NCBI GenBank assembly: GCA_964506945.1
Contig: CAZDOC010000011.1
Coordinates: 427 to 64,426 of the forward strand
Origin: an uncultured Gammaproteobacteria bacterium
GTDB taxonomy: Bacteria; Pseudomonadota; Gammaproteobacteria; CAZDOC01
Length of the DNA stretch: 64,000 nucleotides
Direction of reading: 5' to 3'
A model generated the notes under the pieces. It saw only the letters and a list, made by a program, of their open reading frames with translations, did not search any database and was not told where the DNA came from. Shown here one piece after another: positions 28,437-39,400 of this stretch (position 1 is its first letter; every line of letters begins with the position of its first letter). The translations under genes and the position numbers were made by a program.

Positions 28437-28655
28437 CGGCCGGCCAGCCCGGTCACCGCCATCGACACCGGCATGAACCGCATTTCTGGCATGTCGTGGT
28501 GAGTCGGTCTAGAATACTCTCTGTTCGGGATCATGTTTGACATCAATTTGAATTGGCAAGCCCTTGTAAAAACTGCCTTGCAGCTTAACACGAATCAGGA
28601 CCCTTCCGGGTCGGAACACGGTACTTCGCGGCTATCGTAGGGGAACGATATCACT

Positions 28656-29231
28656 ATGGCCTGGCGTTATACAACCTATGTTCTCTGCGCCTTGCTGACG
28701 GGGCTGCAACCGCTCTCCAGCCTGGCCCGGAGCGCCGGGCAATCCTATGTCATCGAGGTATTGAAATCGCGCAAGATCCTGATGGTGAAGCAAGGCGGCA
28801 AGGTCGTGCGCAGCTATCGCACGGCGGTCGGCAAGGGTGGCAAGGGAGACAAGCAGCGCAGCGGTGATCACAAGACCCCGGTTGGCACCTACCGGGTCGT
28901 GGGTTTCAATGACAACAGCCGCTTCTTCCTCTTCATGCAGCTGAATTACCCCAATATCAAGGATGCCTTTTACGGTCTGAAAAAGCACCTCATCGGCAGG
29001 CGCCAGTTCGATCGCATCGTCCGCGCCCTGAAGATGGGCAAGACGCCACCCCAGGACACCCCCCTGGGTGGCGCCATCGGCATCCATGGACTCGGCGCCG
29101 AAAGCAAGAAGCGGCTGCTGATCCATGAGAACTACAACTGGACCGAGGGCTGTATCGCCCTGACCAACGAGGAGATCATGGACCTGAAGAAATATGTACG
29201 CATCGGGACCAAGGTCGTGATCAACGAATAA
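28656..29231 (+). CDS. L,D-transpeptidase (YkuD) family protein
   Basis: GDKQRSGDHKTPVGTY, LNYPN, GGAIGIHG...NWTEGCIAL catalytic His/Cys. Confidence 0.9.
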   Translation: MAWRYTTYVLCALLTGLQPLSSLARSAGQSYVIEVLKSRKILMVKQGGKVVRSYRTAVGKGGKGDKQRSGDHKTPVGTYRVVGFNDNSRFFLFMQLNYPNIKDAFYGLKKHLIGRRQFDRIVRALKMGKTPPQDTPLGGAIGIHGLGAESKKRLLIHENYNWTEGCIALTNEEIMDLKKYVRIGTKVVINE

Positions 29232-29310
29232 CCCGGACGGTTTCGGATCCCTGCCCATTCGACATGCCCGGAGACCCGGAAACCATGCATCCCCACGCTC
29301 GAGCACCAAC

Positions 29311-29844
29311 ATGACAGCAGCAGAGGCCACCGTGAGCAAATCGGCAAGACATCACCCGGGACGACTCGTGATCGGCCTGCTTGGACTGTTCACCGGGGCC
29401 GCTCTGGTCTACAGCCCACCAGGTCACACGGATACCCGCCTGATCCGTAGTGAGATGGTACGGCTGCGCGCCACCACCAGCAAACCCTACCAGGATGTCG
29501 TCGAGGAACTGGACTTCGCCATCACCGAGCGCAATTTCCGTCTTACGGGCCGTAACGTGGTCGGCAAGGCCATTCGCAAGCGTGGCTATCCCGACTTTCC
29601 CGATGTCGAGGTCATCCATTTCTGCAACCTGGAGAATGCCCGCGAGGTCCTGACCATCGATCCGGAATATGTGGCGCAGATGCCCTGCCGGGTCATGGTA
29701 AACACCTCCGGCGATCAGACCGTCATCAATATGATCCTGCTGCCGGAACACAATGGGGATGAACGTATCGACCGCTTTGCCCGGCGTCTGAATCAGGATC
29801 TCAGGGATATCGTGGATTTTGTCCTCGAGGAAGATGCCAAGTAG
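29311..29844 (+). CDS. DUF302 domain exported protein
   Basis: KPYQDVVEELDFAITERNF, IHFCN...QMPCRV (FC...PC pattern); N-terminal hydrophobic segment. Confidence 0.8.
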   Translation: MTAAEATVSKSARHHPGRLVIGLLGLFTGAALVYSPPGHTDTRLIRSEMVRLRATTSKPYQDVVEELDFAITERNFRLTGRNVVGKAIRKRGYPDFPDVEVIHFCNLENAREVLTIDPEYVAQMPCRVMVNTSGDQTVINMILLPEHNGDERIDRFARRLNQDLRDIVDFVLEEDAK

Positions 29845-30257
29845 GCTTGACTGGAAGCCCCGGGTTTCCGATAGTAGGCATGTTCCCGCAGAGGTCTTGA
29901 CGGAGACACAGGGATGCCATGACGGCATGAACGCGATCAGACAGGAACCGCATGCCGCGCGTCCTGGCGGGAGAGCCATTCATTGCGGGCGACAGCCGAC
30001 GCATCTTTCGCCTTGCCGTGGTGGCACGGACGCGGTGAATCACGGAGGGTTCTGATCCATTCATCCTGAATCGAACACCGTTTCCCCTACCCGGGAAGCG
30101 CCTGATTCCTTCAGACCCTGCCGCGGCGCCGGGAGGCGGAGCCCAGATCCGTCTACCGGAGGACGGATTATGTGAGCCCGTGGAAACCACGTTTTCGACG
30201 GCTATCCGCAAATCAGGCAATGGCTGGATACATCAGAGTTACCCCAAGGAATCCCGG

Positions 30258-31013
30258 ATGGCGAATATGAGTATAAAAGACATCGATGCCCACCTCCTGC
30301 TGATCTGGCTGATCTTCATCGGCGCCGTTCTCTTCGGCCTGATCGTGGCCTGGAACGAAGGTTTCATGTACCTGTTGTTCACCGGTGACCGCAGCCATAT
30401 CTCCGTGGCCATCGCCCTGATATTCGTCCTTGCCTGCGTGCATGGAGCGAGCCGGATCATGCAGCTGTCGCGCCAGATCGGTCTGGCCGATCACATCGCG
30501 GCACTGCTGGCGACAGCCACCTCCATCGGTCTGGTCGAGGATCGCATCGTCATCGATGCCAGGAACCCTTTGCCTGAATCCGATGTCAGCCGGTACGTAC
30601 ATGACCTGCTGTTGACCCGGCGTGGTGAGCAATCCAGTGAAGAGGTCGTCGCCTCCCGCTCCGATCTGCTGGACGTCTTCGCCAACAAGGCGCGCAGTCC
30701 TCACGAGGTAGGCTGGTTCGTCGTCGACATGCTCATCAAGCTGGGCCTGCTCGGCACCATCATCGGTTTCATCATGATGCTGGCCTCCGTGGGTCAGACC
30801 ACCTCCGTGGATGTCGGCAGCATGCAGAAGGTCCTGACACAGATGAGCAATGGCATGGGCACGGCGCTTTACACGACCTTCGCCGGCCTCACCGGCAGTA
30901 TTCTCCTGGCGGCGCAATACCATCTGCTCGATCACGGTGTCGACACCCTGGTGGAAAAAACCGTCACCCTGACCGAGGTGCATATCATTCCCGCACTGGC
31001 GGACAAGACATGA
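30258..31013 (+). CDS. MotA/TolQ/ExbB proton-channel family protein, not of the TonB or flagellar type
   Basis: N-terminal TM pair, cytoplasmic loop, LIKLGLLGTIIGFIMML and GMGTALYTTFAGL channel helices. AAGGA RBS. Confidence 0.85.
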   Translation: MANMSIKDIDAHLLLIWLIFIGAVLFGLIVAWNEGFMYLLFTGDRSHISVAIALIFVLACVHGASRIMQLSRQIGLADHIAALLATATSIGLVEDRIVIDARNPLPESDVSRYVHDLLLTRRGEQSSEEVVASRSDLLDVFANKARSPHEVGWFVVDMLIKLGLLGTIIGFIMMLASVGQTTSVDVGSMQKVLTQMSNGMGTALYTTFAGLTGSILLAAQYHLLDHGVDTLVEKTVTLTEVHIIPALADKT

Positions 31014-31057
31014 ACGGCCGGTGCGCCATGAGCACCGCTCCAGGCGGGCACTGAGAG

Positions 31058-31663
31058 ATGGCGCTCAAGGGCCTGGGGACGCATCGGCGCCTGACCTCGG
31101 ATCCCTTTACCGATCTGCTGTTCAACGCCTTGCTGGGATTCACCTTCCTGTTTCTGGTCGCGATCATGTTCATGAATCCGGTGGCCAAATCAGGCATCAT
31201 CGACCCCAAGGCCGAATACATCCTGACCGTGACCTGGCCAGACAACGATCCCGACGATATCGATACCTATATCGAGGATCCCAAGGGCAATCTGATCTAT
31301 TTCAAGGTGCCGGCCGCCGGCCTGATCCATCTCGACCGTGACGATCGCGGCAACCTCAACGACACCATCACCTTCGAGGGCAAGGTGGTGCAAAACCCGC
31401 TGAACCAGGAGGTCATGACCATTCGTGGCGTGGTCAAGGGAGAATACGTGGTCAACCTGCACTATTACGCCACCAAGACCGGTGAGCCGGTCAAGGTCAA
31501 GGTGCGTCTGGCCAAGGTCAATCCTGTGCTCAAGGTGGTCTTCTACGATACCTATACCCTGGAAAAACAGGGCGCGGAGATCACCGCCCTGCGTTTCACC
31601 ATAGGCAACGACGGCGAGGTCAGGGACATCAGTCGCCTGCAAAAAAAGCTCGTGCCATTCTGA
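31058..31663 (+). CDS. Single-TM partner of the MotA-like protein with an acidic YfaP/DUF2135-like periplasmic domain
   Basis: TM begins SDPFTDLLFNALLGF (Asp as in MotB/ExbD). Periplasmic W-PDNDPDDIDTYIEDP and HLDRDDRG motifs, GEYVVNLHYY. Confidence 0.75.
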   Translation: MALKGLGTHRRLTSDPFTDLLFNALLGFTFLFLVAIMFMNPVAKSGIIDPKAEYILTVTWPDNDPDDIDTYIEDPKGNLIYFKVPAAGLIHLDRDDRGNLNDTITFEGKVVQNPLNQEVMTIRGVVKGEYVVNLHYYATKTGEPVKVKVRLAKVNPVLKVVFYDTYTLEKQGAEITALRFTIGNDGEVRDISRLQKKLVPF

Positions 31664-31713
31664 CATCACAAGGTACCGGCCTGAAAGGGTCATCATCAGG
31701 AGAACAAGAGACG

Positions 31714-32235
31714 ATGTACAACCTCGGAGCCAGCGGCCTGATCGCCGCCTATGTCATCATCGCGCTGTTATTGCTCAGCCTCACGCTCTATTCCAGATGG
31801 TCCTGGCGGGTCAAGGCCACCGCCATCCTCATCACTTCGGCGTTCTATGTCGTCAGCTATTTTTCCTTCCCGCCACTGATGGGATGGCCCTCGGCCTCGC
31901 GCCTGCCGGAGCGCTTCCGGGTCCTGTCGGTGTATGTTGTCGAACCCAACAAACACCTGGGCACGGAAGGCGATATCTACCTGTGGGTCACCAACATGGA
32001 GGACGATCCCAATCTGGCCAAGCCACGCGCCTACCGGATCGCCTATACCAACAAGCTGCATGAGCAGCTTATCAAGGTCACCAAGAAGCTGCGCAAGGGC
32101 CTGCCGCAACTGGGCGAGGCCAAGGAGAAGAACAAGCGCGTGGATGTCAAGGTGGAAGACACCACGCGTCTGGGCCAGAAGAGCCTGGACCTGAAATTCT
32201 ATGACCTGCCGGATCCGCTGTTCCCGGAGAAATAG
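31714..32235 (+). CDS. Hypothetical membrane protein (two N-terminal TMs, GWP motif)
   Basis: Clean ORF with host-like codon usage, AGGAG upstream, MGWPS...IYLW...PRAYRIAY. Confidence 0.75.
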   Translation: MYNLGASGLIAAYVIIALLLLSLTLYSRWSWRVKATAILITSAFYVVSYFSFPPLMGWPSASRLPERFRVLSVYVVEPNKHLGTEGDIYLWVTNMEDDPNLAKPRAYRIAYTNKLHEQLIKVTKKLRKGLPQLGEAKEKNKRVDVKVEDTTRLGQKSLDLKFYDLPDPLFPEK

Positions 32236-32406
32236 CACGACCCATGCATACACCCGTCCCCCGCGCAGAACGCTGCCAGCCAGGCGGCACGACCACGGCG
32301 CCGTCACCACCGCCCGGCGCCGTGTTCCGGGCAGCATGGGAGCCGCCTGAGCGCACCCCCTGGTCCGGTCCCGGACTCCAGGATTGAATGGCCCGGGGCA
32401 CGGCGT

Positions 32407-32853
32407 ATGGACATGATCTGGCTGTTGCCGCTCATCCTCGTCGCGGGCACGGTCCTGCTGCTCTGGTGGCACCGGCGGCGGCCTGAAGCCAGCGCCCGAA
32501 TCGTGCAAACGCCCCCACCAACCAGACAGGATCCCCCCTATGGTCACCTCCTCAGGCAAGGGGAGAACTCCGAGCGCCATGCGATCATGGCCATTCCCTG
32601 GCGCATAGGCCGCAGCAGCAAGAATCACCTGTGCCTCGATGATCCATCCATATCCCGGCGGCATGCCGAGATCCGCCGCCGCGAGGATGGCGGTATCGAG
32701 ATCGTCGATCTGGAATCACTGAACGGGATCTATATCAACAACGAGAAGATCGGCAGACGGCAGCTACGGGAGGGCGACCGGATCGAGATTGGAGACATCG
32801 TGTTCCATTTTCACATCACCGATACCGAAACGGAGGGCCACGGGAGTGACTGA
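32407..32853 (+). CDS. Membrane-anchored FHA domain protein
   Basis: N-terminal TM, IGRSSKN, DPSISRRHA, DLESLNGIYIN, LREGDRIEIG. Confidence 0.88.
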   Translation: MDMIWLLPLILVAGTVLLLWWHRRRPEASARIVQTPPPTRQDPPYGHLLRQGENSERHAIMAIPWRIGRSSKNHLCLDDPSISRRHAEIRRREDGGIEIVDLESLNGIYINNEKIGRRQLREGDRIEIGDIVFHFHITDTETEGHGSD

Positions 32854-32895
32854 AACCGCTACGCCTGGAACGGCAAAGGAACGGGGATACAGAGA

Positions 32896-32915
32896 CCCCG
32901 GCGGAAGCGCCGGGG
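32896..32915. terminator. GC-rich hairpin between convergent genes, possible bidirectional terminator
   Basis: CCCCGGCG-GAAG-CGCCGGGG; lacks a clear U-tract. Confidence 0.4.
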
Positions 32916-32924
32916 CCGTCCGCT

Positions 32925-33713
32925 TCAGCCCAGCCGTTCCAGCTCGGAGGCGCTGAAACCCGCCTGCAGCCGGGCCTGCCGGTTCAGGCTTCCCGGCCGG
33001 GGCAACAGGCCTTCGCGGTTCAGCAGCGCGTGGAAATACGGCTCCGGATCATGGCCTCGCCGGGCGCACAGGTAACGAAACCAGCGATCACCCGTGGCCA
33101 CATGGCCGATCTCGTCATGCAGGATGACGCTCAGGATTTCCGCGCCCGCCCCATCACCGGCTTCACGAAGGCGCCGTATCATCCCCGGGCTTGCATCGAG
33201 TCCTCGCGCCTCCAGCAGGCGCGGCACCAGGGCCATGCGCAAGAGCACGTCCCCGGCGGTCTTCAGCGCCATCTCCCAGAGCCCATCATGGGCTTCGAAA
33301 TCACCGTAGCAATAACCCAGGCCCCGCAGGTGCTCATGGATGAGGTGGAAATGGCGCCCCTCCTCCACCGCCACGCCGGCCCAGTCGAGGTAGTATTGGC
33401 GCGGCAGGCCACGAAAACGCTGTACCGCGTCCCAGGCCAGATCGATGGCATTGAACTCGATATGCGCCACCGCGTGGATCAGCGCCGCATGCCCCTGCGC
33501 GCTACCCAGACTGCGGCGAGGCAGGTCGCGTGGGGCCACCAGCCGGGGGCGAGGCGGACGTCCCGGGGTGGTCACGGTCGCGACCGGAACGCCTTCATCC
33601 AGCAACAGCATGGGATCGCCAAGCATGTCCCCGGCCGCGGCGGTCAGTTCCAGTTTCTCCGCGACACTGTCCGCCCGCAGGCAGGCCTGGGCATGGACAA
33701 ACAGTTCAGGCAT
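32925..33713 (-). CDS. Ferritin-like DUF455 protein
   Basis: HAVAHIEFNAIDLAWD, EEGRHF, YGDFEAHDGLW, VPRLLEARGLD, DEIGHV. Start overlaps the tilS stop. Confidence 0.9.
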   Translation of the reverse strand: MPELFVHAQACLRADSVAEKLELTAAAGDMLGDPMLLLDEGVPVATVTTPGRPPRPRLVAPRDLPRRSLGSAQGHAALIHAVAHIEFNAIDLAWDAVQRFRGLPRQYYLDWAGVAVEEGRHFHLIHEHLRGLGYCYGDFEAHDGLWEMALKTAGDVLLRMALVPRLLEARGLDASPGMIRRLREAGDGAGAEILSVILHDEIGHVATGDRWFRYLCARRGHDPEPYFHALLNREGLLPRPGSLNRQARLQAGFSASELERLG

Positions 33714-35073
33714 CATCGGCATCCTTGTCCCGTTCCGCCAGCGGATGCCAGTCCAGCAGCCAGCCCGCCTCATCGGCGGCCGCGGCAAAGTCCGCGCACA
33801 CCCAGCGATCGGCAACCGCTGCCAGTTCGTCGTCGACATACACCAGCGGCAGGCGATCCCGCTCCCAGGGCGGGATCCCGGCCTCCTGCAGGAGCTTCTT
33901 CAATGCCCGGGTCCCCGCTCTGCCCGGCAGCCTCAGCCGCTCGCCGCCCCGCCGGAAGCGGACACTGATCCGGCCTCCATCACAGGCCCTGCATGACAGG
34001 CCCTGTCCCTGCGCGGGACTGGCCTCCAGGGCGCCATGGGCCAGCATCAAAACCCCGGGGAAACTCCAGGAATGGGAGCGGCCCGGATCATGGGCAACGG
34101 ACGGCGCCAGGATCCAGACCTCGTCGCGATAGCGCCTGAGATCGAATTCCGGCCAGTGCAGATGCGCGGCACTGGCCGCGGAGGCGCCCAGCACATCCCG
34201 TTCGAATTGTCGTAACTGACGCCAGGACGGCGATCGGAAACCGGCCTGCCGGATCCAGTAGCGCAACAGGTTCCGGCAGCGCCGGCGACCCAGGCCGCGC
34301 AGGGCGGTGATGGACAGACGGGGCCCACCGCCGCGGGTCGCAACCTGCATGTCCGCGGCGGCCAATTCATCCAGCAGGGCGGCATTGTCAGCCTGAATGG
34401 CGGCCGCCCGGGACAGTGATCGGCGACCCGCCGGCCAGCGCCGGAGCAGGACCGGCATGACTTCGTGGCGAAGGAAATTACGATCGAAACGGGTATCGAG
34501 ATTACTCTCGTCGTCCACCCAGCGCAGGGCGTGACCTTCGGCATAGGCCCGCAACTGCTCCCTGCTGAATTCCAGCAAGGGCCTGGCCAGTCGCCCCGGC
34601 GGCAAGGTGCGCAGCCTCGCCATGGCCGCCAGCCCCCTGGCGCCGGCCCCACGCAACAGACGCAGCATCAGGGTCTCGGCCTGATCGTCCTGGTGATGCG
34701 CGGTGAGGAGGATGTCCCCGCGCCCCAGGCGCTCACTGATGGCCCCATAGCGCTGCCGGCGGGCCCAGTCCTCGGCGCTCCTGCCCGCGGGAGGACGGGC
34801 ATCCACCCGCAGCTGCAACAGGGGGATGTCCAGGTCCTCGCAGACCTGGCCACAGAAGCCGGCCCAGTCATCGGCCCGCCCGGAAAGACCGTGATGGACA
34901 TGCACCGCGCCGATCCGGATCGGCGCGAGTTCCTGCCTCAACCGGGACAGCGCGTGCAGGAGCACCATGGAATCCAGACCGCCACTGAGGGCGACCAGAT
35001 ACCGCTCCGGAGTGGGCAGACCCCGCAACACCTGCAACAGGGCCGAACAGGTGAAGCTCCGCCTGGACATCAT
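33706..35073 (-). CDS. tilS: tRNA(Ile)-lysidine synthetase
   Basis: VALSGGLDSMVLL, HVHHGL, TAHHQDDQAET, DESN...RNFLRH, KKLLQEAGIPPWER. Confidence 0.95.
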   Translation of the reverse strand: MMSRRSFTCSALLQVLRGLPTPERYLVALSGGLDSMVLLHALSRLRQELAPIRIGAVHVHHGLSGRADDWAGFCGQVCEDLDIPLLQLRVDARPPAGRSAEDWARRQRYGAISERLGRGDILLTAHHQDDQAETLMLRLLRGAGARGLAAMARLRTLPPGRLARPLLEFSREQLRAYAEGHALRWVDDESNLDTRFDRNFLRHEVMPVLLRRWPAGRRSLSRAAAIQADNAALLDELAAADMQVATRGGGPRLSITALRGLGRRRCRNLLRYWIRQAGFRSPSWRQLRQFERDVLGASAASAAHLHWPEFDLRRYRDEVWILAPSVAHDPGRSHSWSFPGVLMLAHGALEASPAQGQGLSCRACDGGRISVRFRRGGERLRLPGRAGTRALKKLLQEAGIPPWERDRLPLVYVDDELAAVADRWVCADFAAAADEAGWLLDWHPLAERDKDADDA

Positions 35074-35124
35074 CGACGACACCAACCCGCACGGTGGCCA
35101 TGGCGCAGAGCCGGGCCGACGGCA

Positions 35125-36084
35125 TCAGACCTCCCGATAATGACCAAAGCCCAGATGTCGCTGGTAGCGGGCCTGCAGCAATTGCTCGCCGGACAGCGCT
35201 GACAGGGCGTCGAGTTCCTCGATCAGCACCGTCCTGATCCGTGCGGCCATATCGTCCACATGGCGATGCGCCCCACCCAGGGGCTCGTCCAGCACCCGGT
35301 CGACGAGACCGAGTTCCAGCAGGCGCTCGGAGGTGATCCCCATGGCCTTGGCCGCCTGCTCGGATTTGTCCGCGCTCTTCCAGAGAATGGAAGCGCAACC
35401 CTCGGGCGAGATCACCGCGTAGGTACTGTACTGCAACATCAGCAGACGGTCGCCAACGCCTATGGCCAGGGCCCCGCCGGACCCCCCCTCACCGATCACG
35501 GTACACAGGATCGGCGTACTCAGCCGGGACATCTCGAACAGGTTGCGGGCAATCGCCTCGCTCTGTCCGCGCTCCTCGGCACCGATCCCGGGATAGGCGC
35601 CGGGGGTGTCGATGAAGGTCAGCAGAGGCAGGGCGAAGCGCTCGGCCATTTTCATGATGCGCAACGCCTTGCGATAACCCTCGGGCCTGGGCATGCCGAA
35701 ATTACGCTGCAGATTTTCGCTGGTATTGCGCCCTTTCTGATGACCAATCACCGCAACCGGACGCCCATCGATGCGCCCGAGACCGGCAACGATGGCGGGA
35801 TCGTCGGCATAGCTGCGGTCACCATGCAGCTCCTCCCAGTCATCGATGATGCGTTCGACATAATCCAGGGTATAGGGCCGTTGCGGATGCCGGGCCAGGC
35901 GGGAGATCTGCCAGGCGGACAGGTTGGAGAAGATCGAGGAGGTCAATTCGTTGCAGCGTTCCTTCAGCCGGTTGATCTCCTCGCCGATATTGACATCCGT
36001 ATCGCCACCGACATAACGCAGTTCTTCGATCTTCGCCTCGAGTTCGGCGATGGGCTGTTCAAAATCAAGAAAATTCAGATTCAT
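35125..36084 (-). CDS. accA: Acetyl-CoA carboxylase carboxyltransferase alpha subunit
   Basis: [52 protein letters not shown]. Confidence 0.97.
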   Translation of the reverse strand: MNLNFLDFEQPIAELEAKIEELRYVGGDTDVNIGEEINRLKERCNELTSSIFSNLSAWQISRLARHPQRPYTLDYVERIIDDWEELHGDRSYADDPAIVAGLGRIDGRPVAVIGHQKGRNTSENLQRNFGMPRPEGYRKALRIMKMAERFALPLLTFIDTPGAYPGIGAEERGQSEAIARNLFEMSRLSTPILCTVIGEGGSGGALAIGVGDRLLMLQYSTYAVISPEGCASILWKSADKSEQAAKAMGITSERLLELGLVDRVLDEPLGGAHRHVDDMAARIRTVLIEELDALSALSGEQLLQARYQRHLGFGHYREV

Positions 36085-36140
36085 GCGTGTCTCATTCCGC
36101 GGGCATGGCAATCGGTCTATTGTAGCTCAAATATCCTCAT

Positions 36141-36408
36141 TCACCACGAAGCTCACGAAGGGAAAGCCGATCGAGGCCAAGTGGCTGACGTGGACAGGTT
36201 TGTGTTTCAGTACGCATTGGTGATCCTTCAGCCTTTGGGAAAGTGCCGAATCAGGCGCTTACATGTTTGCTTCACGGGCGACACATCCAATCCACAGGGA
36301 TATGGGAAAGTCACCCCTTCGACAGACAAGGGCGGGCTGGTGCCGTAAAGGCACTGAATATATCAGTACGTTCATGGAGACTTCGTGTCCTTCGCGAGCT
36401 TCGTGGTG
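36141..36408. repeat. Intergenic element bounded by inverted CACGAAG-unit repeats (copy 3)
   Basis: Left end TCACCACGAAGCTCACGAAGGG; right end CTTCGTGTCCTTCGCGAGCTTCGTGGTG. Confidence 0.72.
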
Positions 36409-36493
36409 GGTATGGTGTCATGACGGTTCCAGCAATGGCGCCATGGGCAAACCCGAACGGGTGCATGCCCCTGGATTTGGACCCCGTCCGCCT

Positions 36494-39400
36494 TCAGAAG
36501 ATCACCCGGCAGTGGTCGCTGCCCAGGCGTTCACGCAGCTGTTCCAGCAGCGTATCGGGAAGATTGATGCGCCAGTCATCGCCCAGGGAAAGCCGTGCCG
36601 TGGCCCTGTTGCCGGTGTATTCGATGCTTACCGGGCAGGGCCCCGGCCGGCAGGACCCCAGCAGTTCCCGCAGCTCATCGATAAAGCCATTGGCGATCAG
36701 GTCCGCCGGAATGGACAGGCACAGTTCACGGGCATATTCGCCACGGGCCTGGTCCAGACTCAGTACCCGTTCCCCGGTCAGGGCCAGTTGACCGGTGAAA
36801 TCATCCATGAAACAGCTCCCCTCGATCACCAGGATATGGTCCTTGACCAGGAGTTCCTGATAGCGCGCCAGCACCTCGGCATACAGGGTCACCTCGACAC
36901 GGGTGCTGCGATCATCCAGGGTCAGGGTGGCCATCTTGCCGCGCCGGCTGTTACGCATGCGCATCTCCAGCAGCAGGCCCGCTACGCGTAGCTGGCGCTT
37001 GCGATCCGCTTTCAGCTCGCTCAGCCGGCAACTGGCCAGCTGGCGCAGTTCCTGTTCATAACGATTGATGGGGTGACCGGTGAGATAGAGCCCCAGGGTC
37101 TCCTTCTCGCCGGTCAGGCGCTGCGCCTCACTCCACGGAGGCACCCGCTCCAGGCGGAGTTCAGGCGCCGGCCCGTCGGCGCCCTGCTTGTCCGTGGCCA
37201 GTCCGAACAGGTCATCCTGTCCCGCCTGGCTGTCCTTGCGGGCCTGTTCCGCAAGCTGTATGGCGCGGTCCAGGCTGGCGATCATGGCCGCCCTGTCGCC
37301 ACCCAGGCTGTCCATCGCACCGGCCCGGATCAGCGCTTCGAGGACCCGGCGATTGGCCTTGCGGGTATCCACCCGCCGGCACAGATCGAACAGGCTGGTG
37401 AATTCACCGGCACGGGTGCGTTCATCGATGATGCCCTCTATGGCCGCCTCGCCCACGCCCTTGACCGCCCCCAGGCCATAGCGAATGCTCTGGGCATCGG
37501 TAACCGTGAACTTGTAGCCAGAGGCGTTCAGGTCCGGTGGCCGCACGGTCAGGCCCATGCTGCGACACTCATCGATCAGGCCCACGACCTTGTCGGTATT
37601 GTCCATGTCCGAGGACAATACCGCGGCCATGAAGGCGGCGGGATAATGCGCCTTCAGCCAGGCGGTCTGGTAGGCCACCAGGGCATAGGCGGCGGAGTGG
37701 GACTTGTTGAAACCGTAACCGGCGAACTTTTCCATCAGGTCGAAGATCCCCGCGGCCACCCCGGCATCGACGCCACGGGCGGCGGCGCCCTCGATGAAGG
37801 CCTGCCTCTGCCTGGCCATCTCCTCCGCCTTCTTCTTGCCCATGGCCCGGCGCAGCATATCGGCCCCGCCCAGGGTGTATCCAGCCAGTACCTGGGCGAT
37901 CTGCATGACCTGTTCCTGGTAGAGGATGACCCCGTAGGTCGGCTTCAGGATCGGTTCCAGCTCGGGATGGGGGTAGATCACCCGCGCGCGGCCATGCTTG
38001 CGGTCGATATAATCGTCGACCATGCCGGACTGCAGCGGCCCCGGCCGAAACAGGGCCACCAGGGCGATGAGGTCCGAAAAACGATCCGGTTGCAGACGCT
38101 TGATCAGCTCCTTCATGCCGCGCGATTCGAGCTGGAAGATGGCGGTGGTGTCGGCACGCATGATCAGGGCGTAGCTTTCCGGATCATCCAGCGGGATCTG
38201 CGTGATATCCAGCGGGGGTTCTCCGCCGTCCTCCCGGAAGCGGTTGATGTCATTGACCGCCCAGTCGATGATGGTCAGGGTGCGCAGGCCCAGGAAGTCG
38301 AACTTGACCAGGCCGATGGCCTCGATGTCGGTCATGTCCATCTGCGTGACCGGCGTGGACGCGCCCTGCTCGCAGTACAGGGCCGTGAATTCGGTCAGGG
38401 GCGCCGGCGCGATCACCACGCCGCCGGCATGGCGACCGGCATTGCGGGTCAAACCCTCCAGCTTGCGCGCCAGATCGATCAGATCCCGCACATCCTCCTC
38501 GTCCTGGTAGCGTTGCCGCAGTGTCTCCTCTTCCTGCAGGGCGCGCTCCAGGGTCATCTTCAGATCGAAGGGGATCAGTTTGGCGATCTGATCGACGAAA
38601 CCATAGGGATGACCCAGCACCCGGCCCACATCCCGTACCACCGCCTTGGCCGCCATGCTGCCATAGGTGATGATCTGGGAGACATGGTCACGCCCATAGC
38701 GATCCGCGACATACTCGATCACCTCGTCACGGCGATCCATGCAGAAATCGATATCGAAATCCGGCATCGACACGCGCTCCGGATTCAGGAAGCGTTCGAA
38801 CAGCAGGTCATAGTCCAGCGGGTCGAGATCCGTGATCCCCAGGGCATAGGCGACCAGTGAACCGGCCCCGGAACCGCGTCCGGGGCCCACCGGAATGCCA
38901 TTATCCCTGGCCCAGCGGATGAAATCGGCGACGATCAGAAAATACCCGGGGAAACCCATCTTGCTGATCACCCCGAGTTCCGTTTCGAGTCGCGCGTCAT
39001 AGACCTGGCGTCGCGTGGCGAAATCCGGGGCGTCCGTGTCGAGGATCACCTGCAGGCGCCGCTCCAGGCCCTCGCGCGCGAGGCGGGCGAAATAGGCGTT
39101 CATGTCCTCATCGTCCGGAACCGGATAGTTCGGCAGGTAATAGGTACCCAGGGTCAGTTCCAGATTACAGCGCCTTGCGATCAGGAAACTGTTCTCGATG
39201 GCCTCGGGGATATCCTCGAACAGCGCCGCCATCTCCTCGCCGCTGCGCAGATACTGCTGTTCAGAATAGTTCCGGGGACGACGGGGATCGGTCAGGGTGC
39301 GACCCTCGTGGATACAGACCCGGGCCTCGTGCGCCTCGAAATCCTCCCTCTGGAGGAAACGCACATCATTGCTGGCCACCACGGGGGTCGCGGTATCGGC

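Noticed and set aside
30258-32235. Zorya anti-phage system or flagellar stator
   Set aside because: The MotA-like protein has no long ZorA tail, the partner lacks an OmpA-like domain, and no zorC/D/E or flagellar genes are nearby. Kept as an unknown motor instead.
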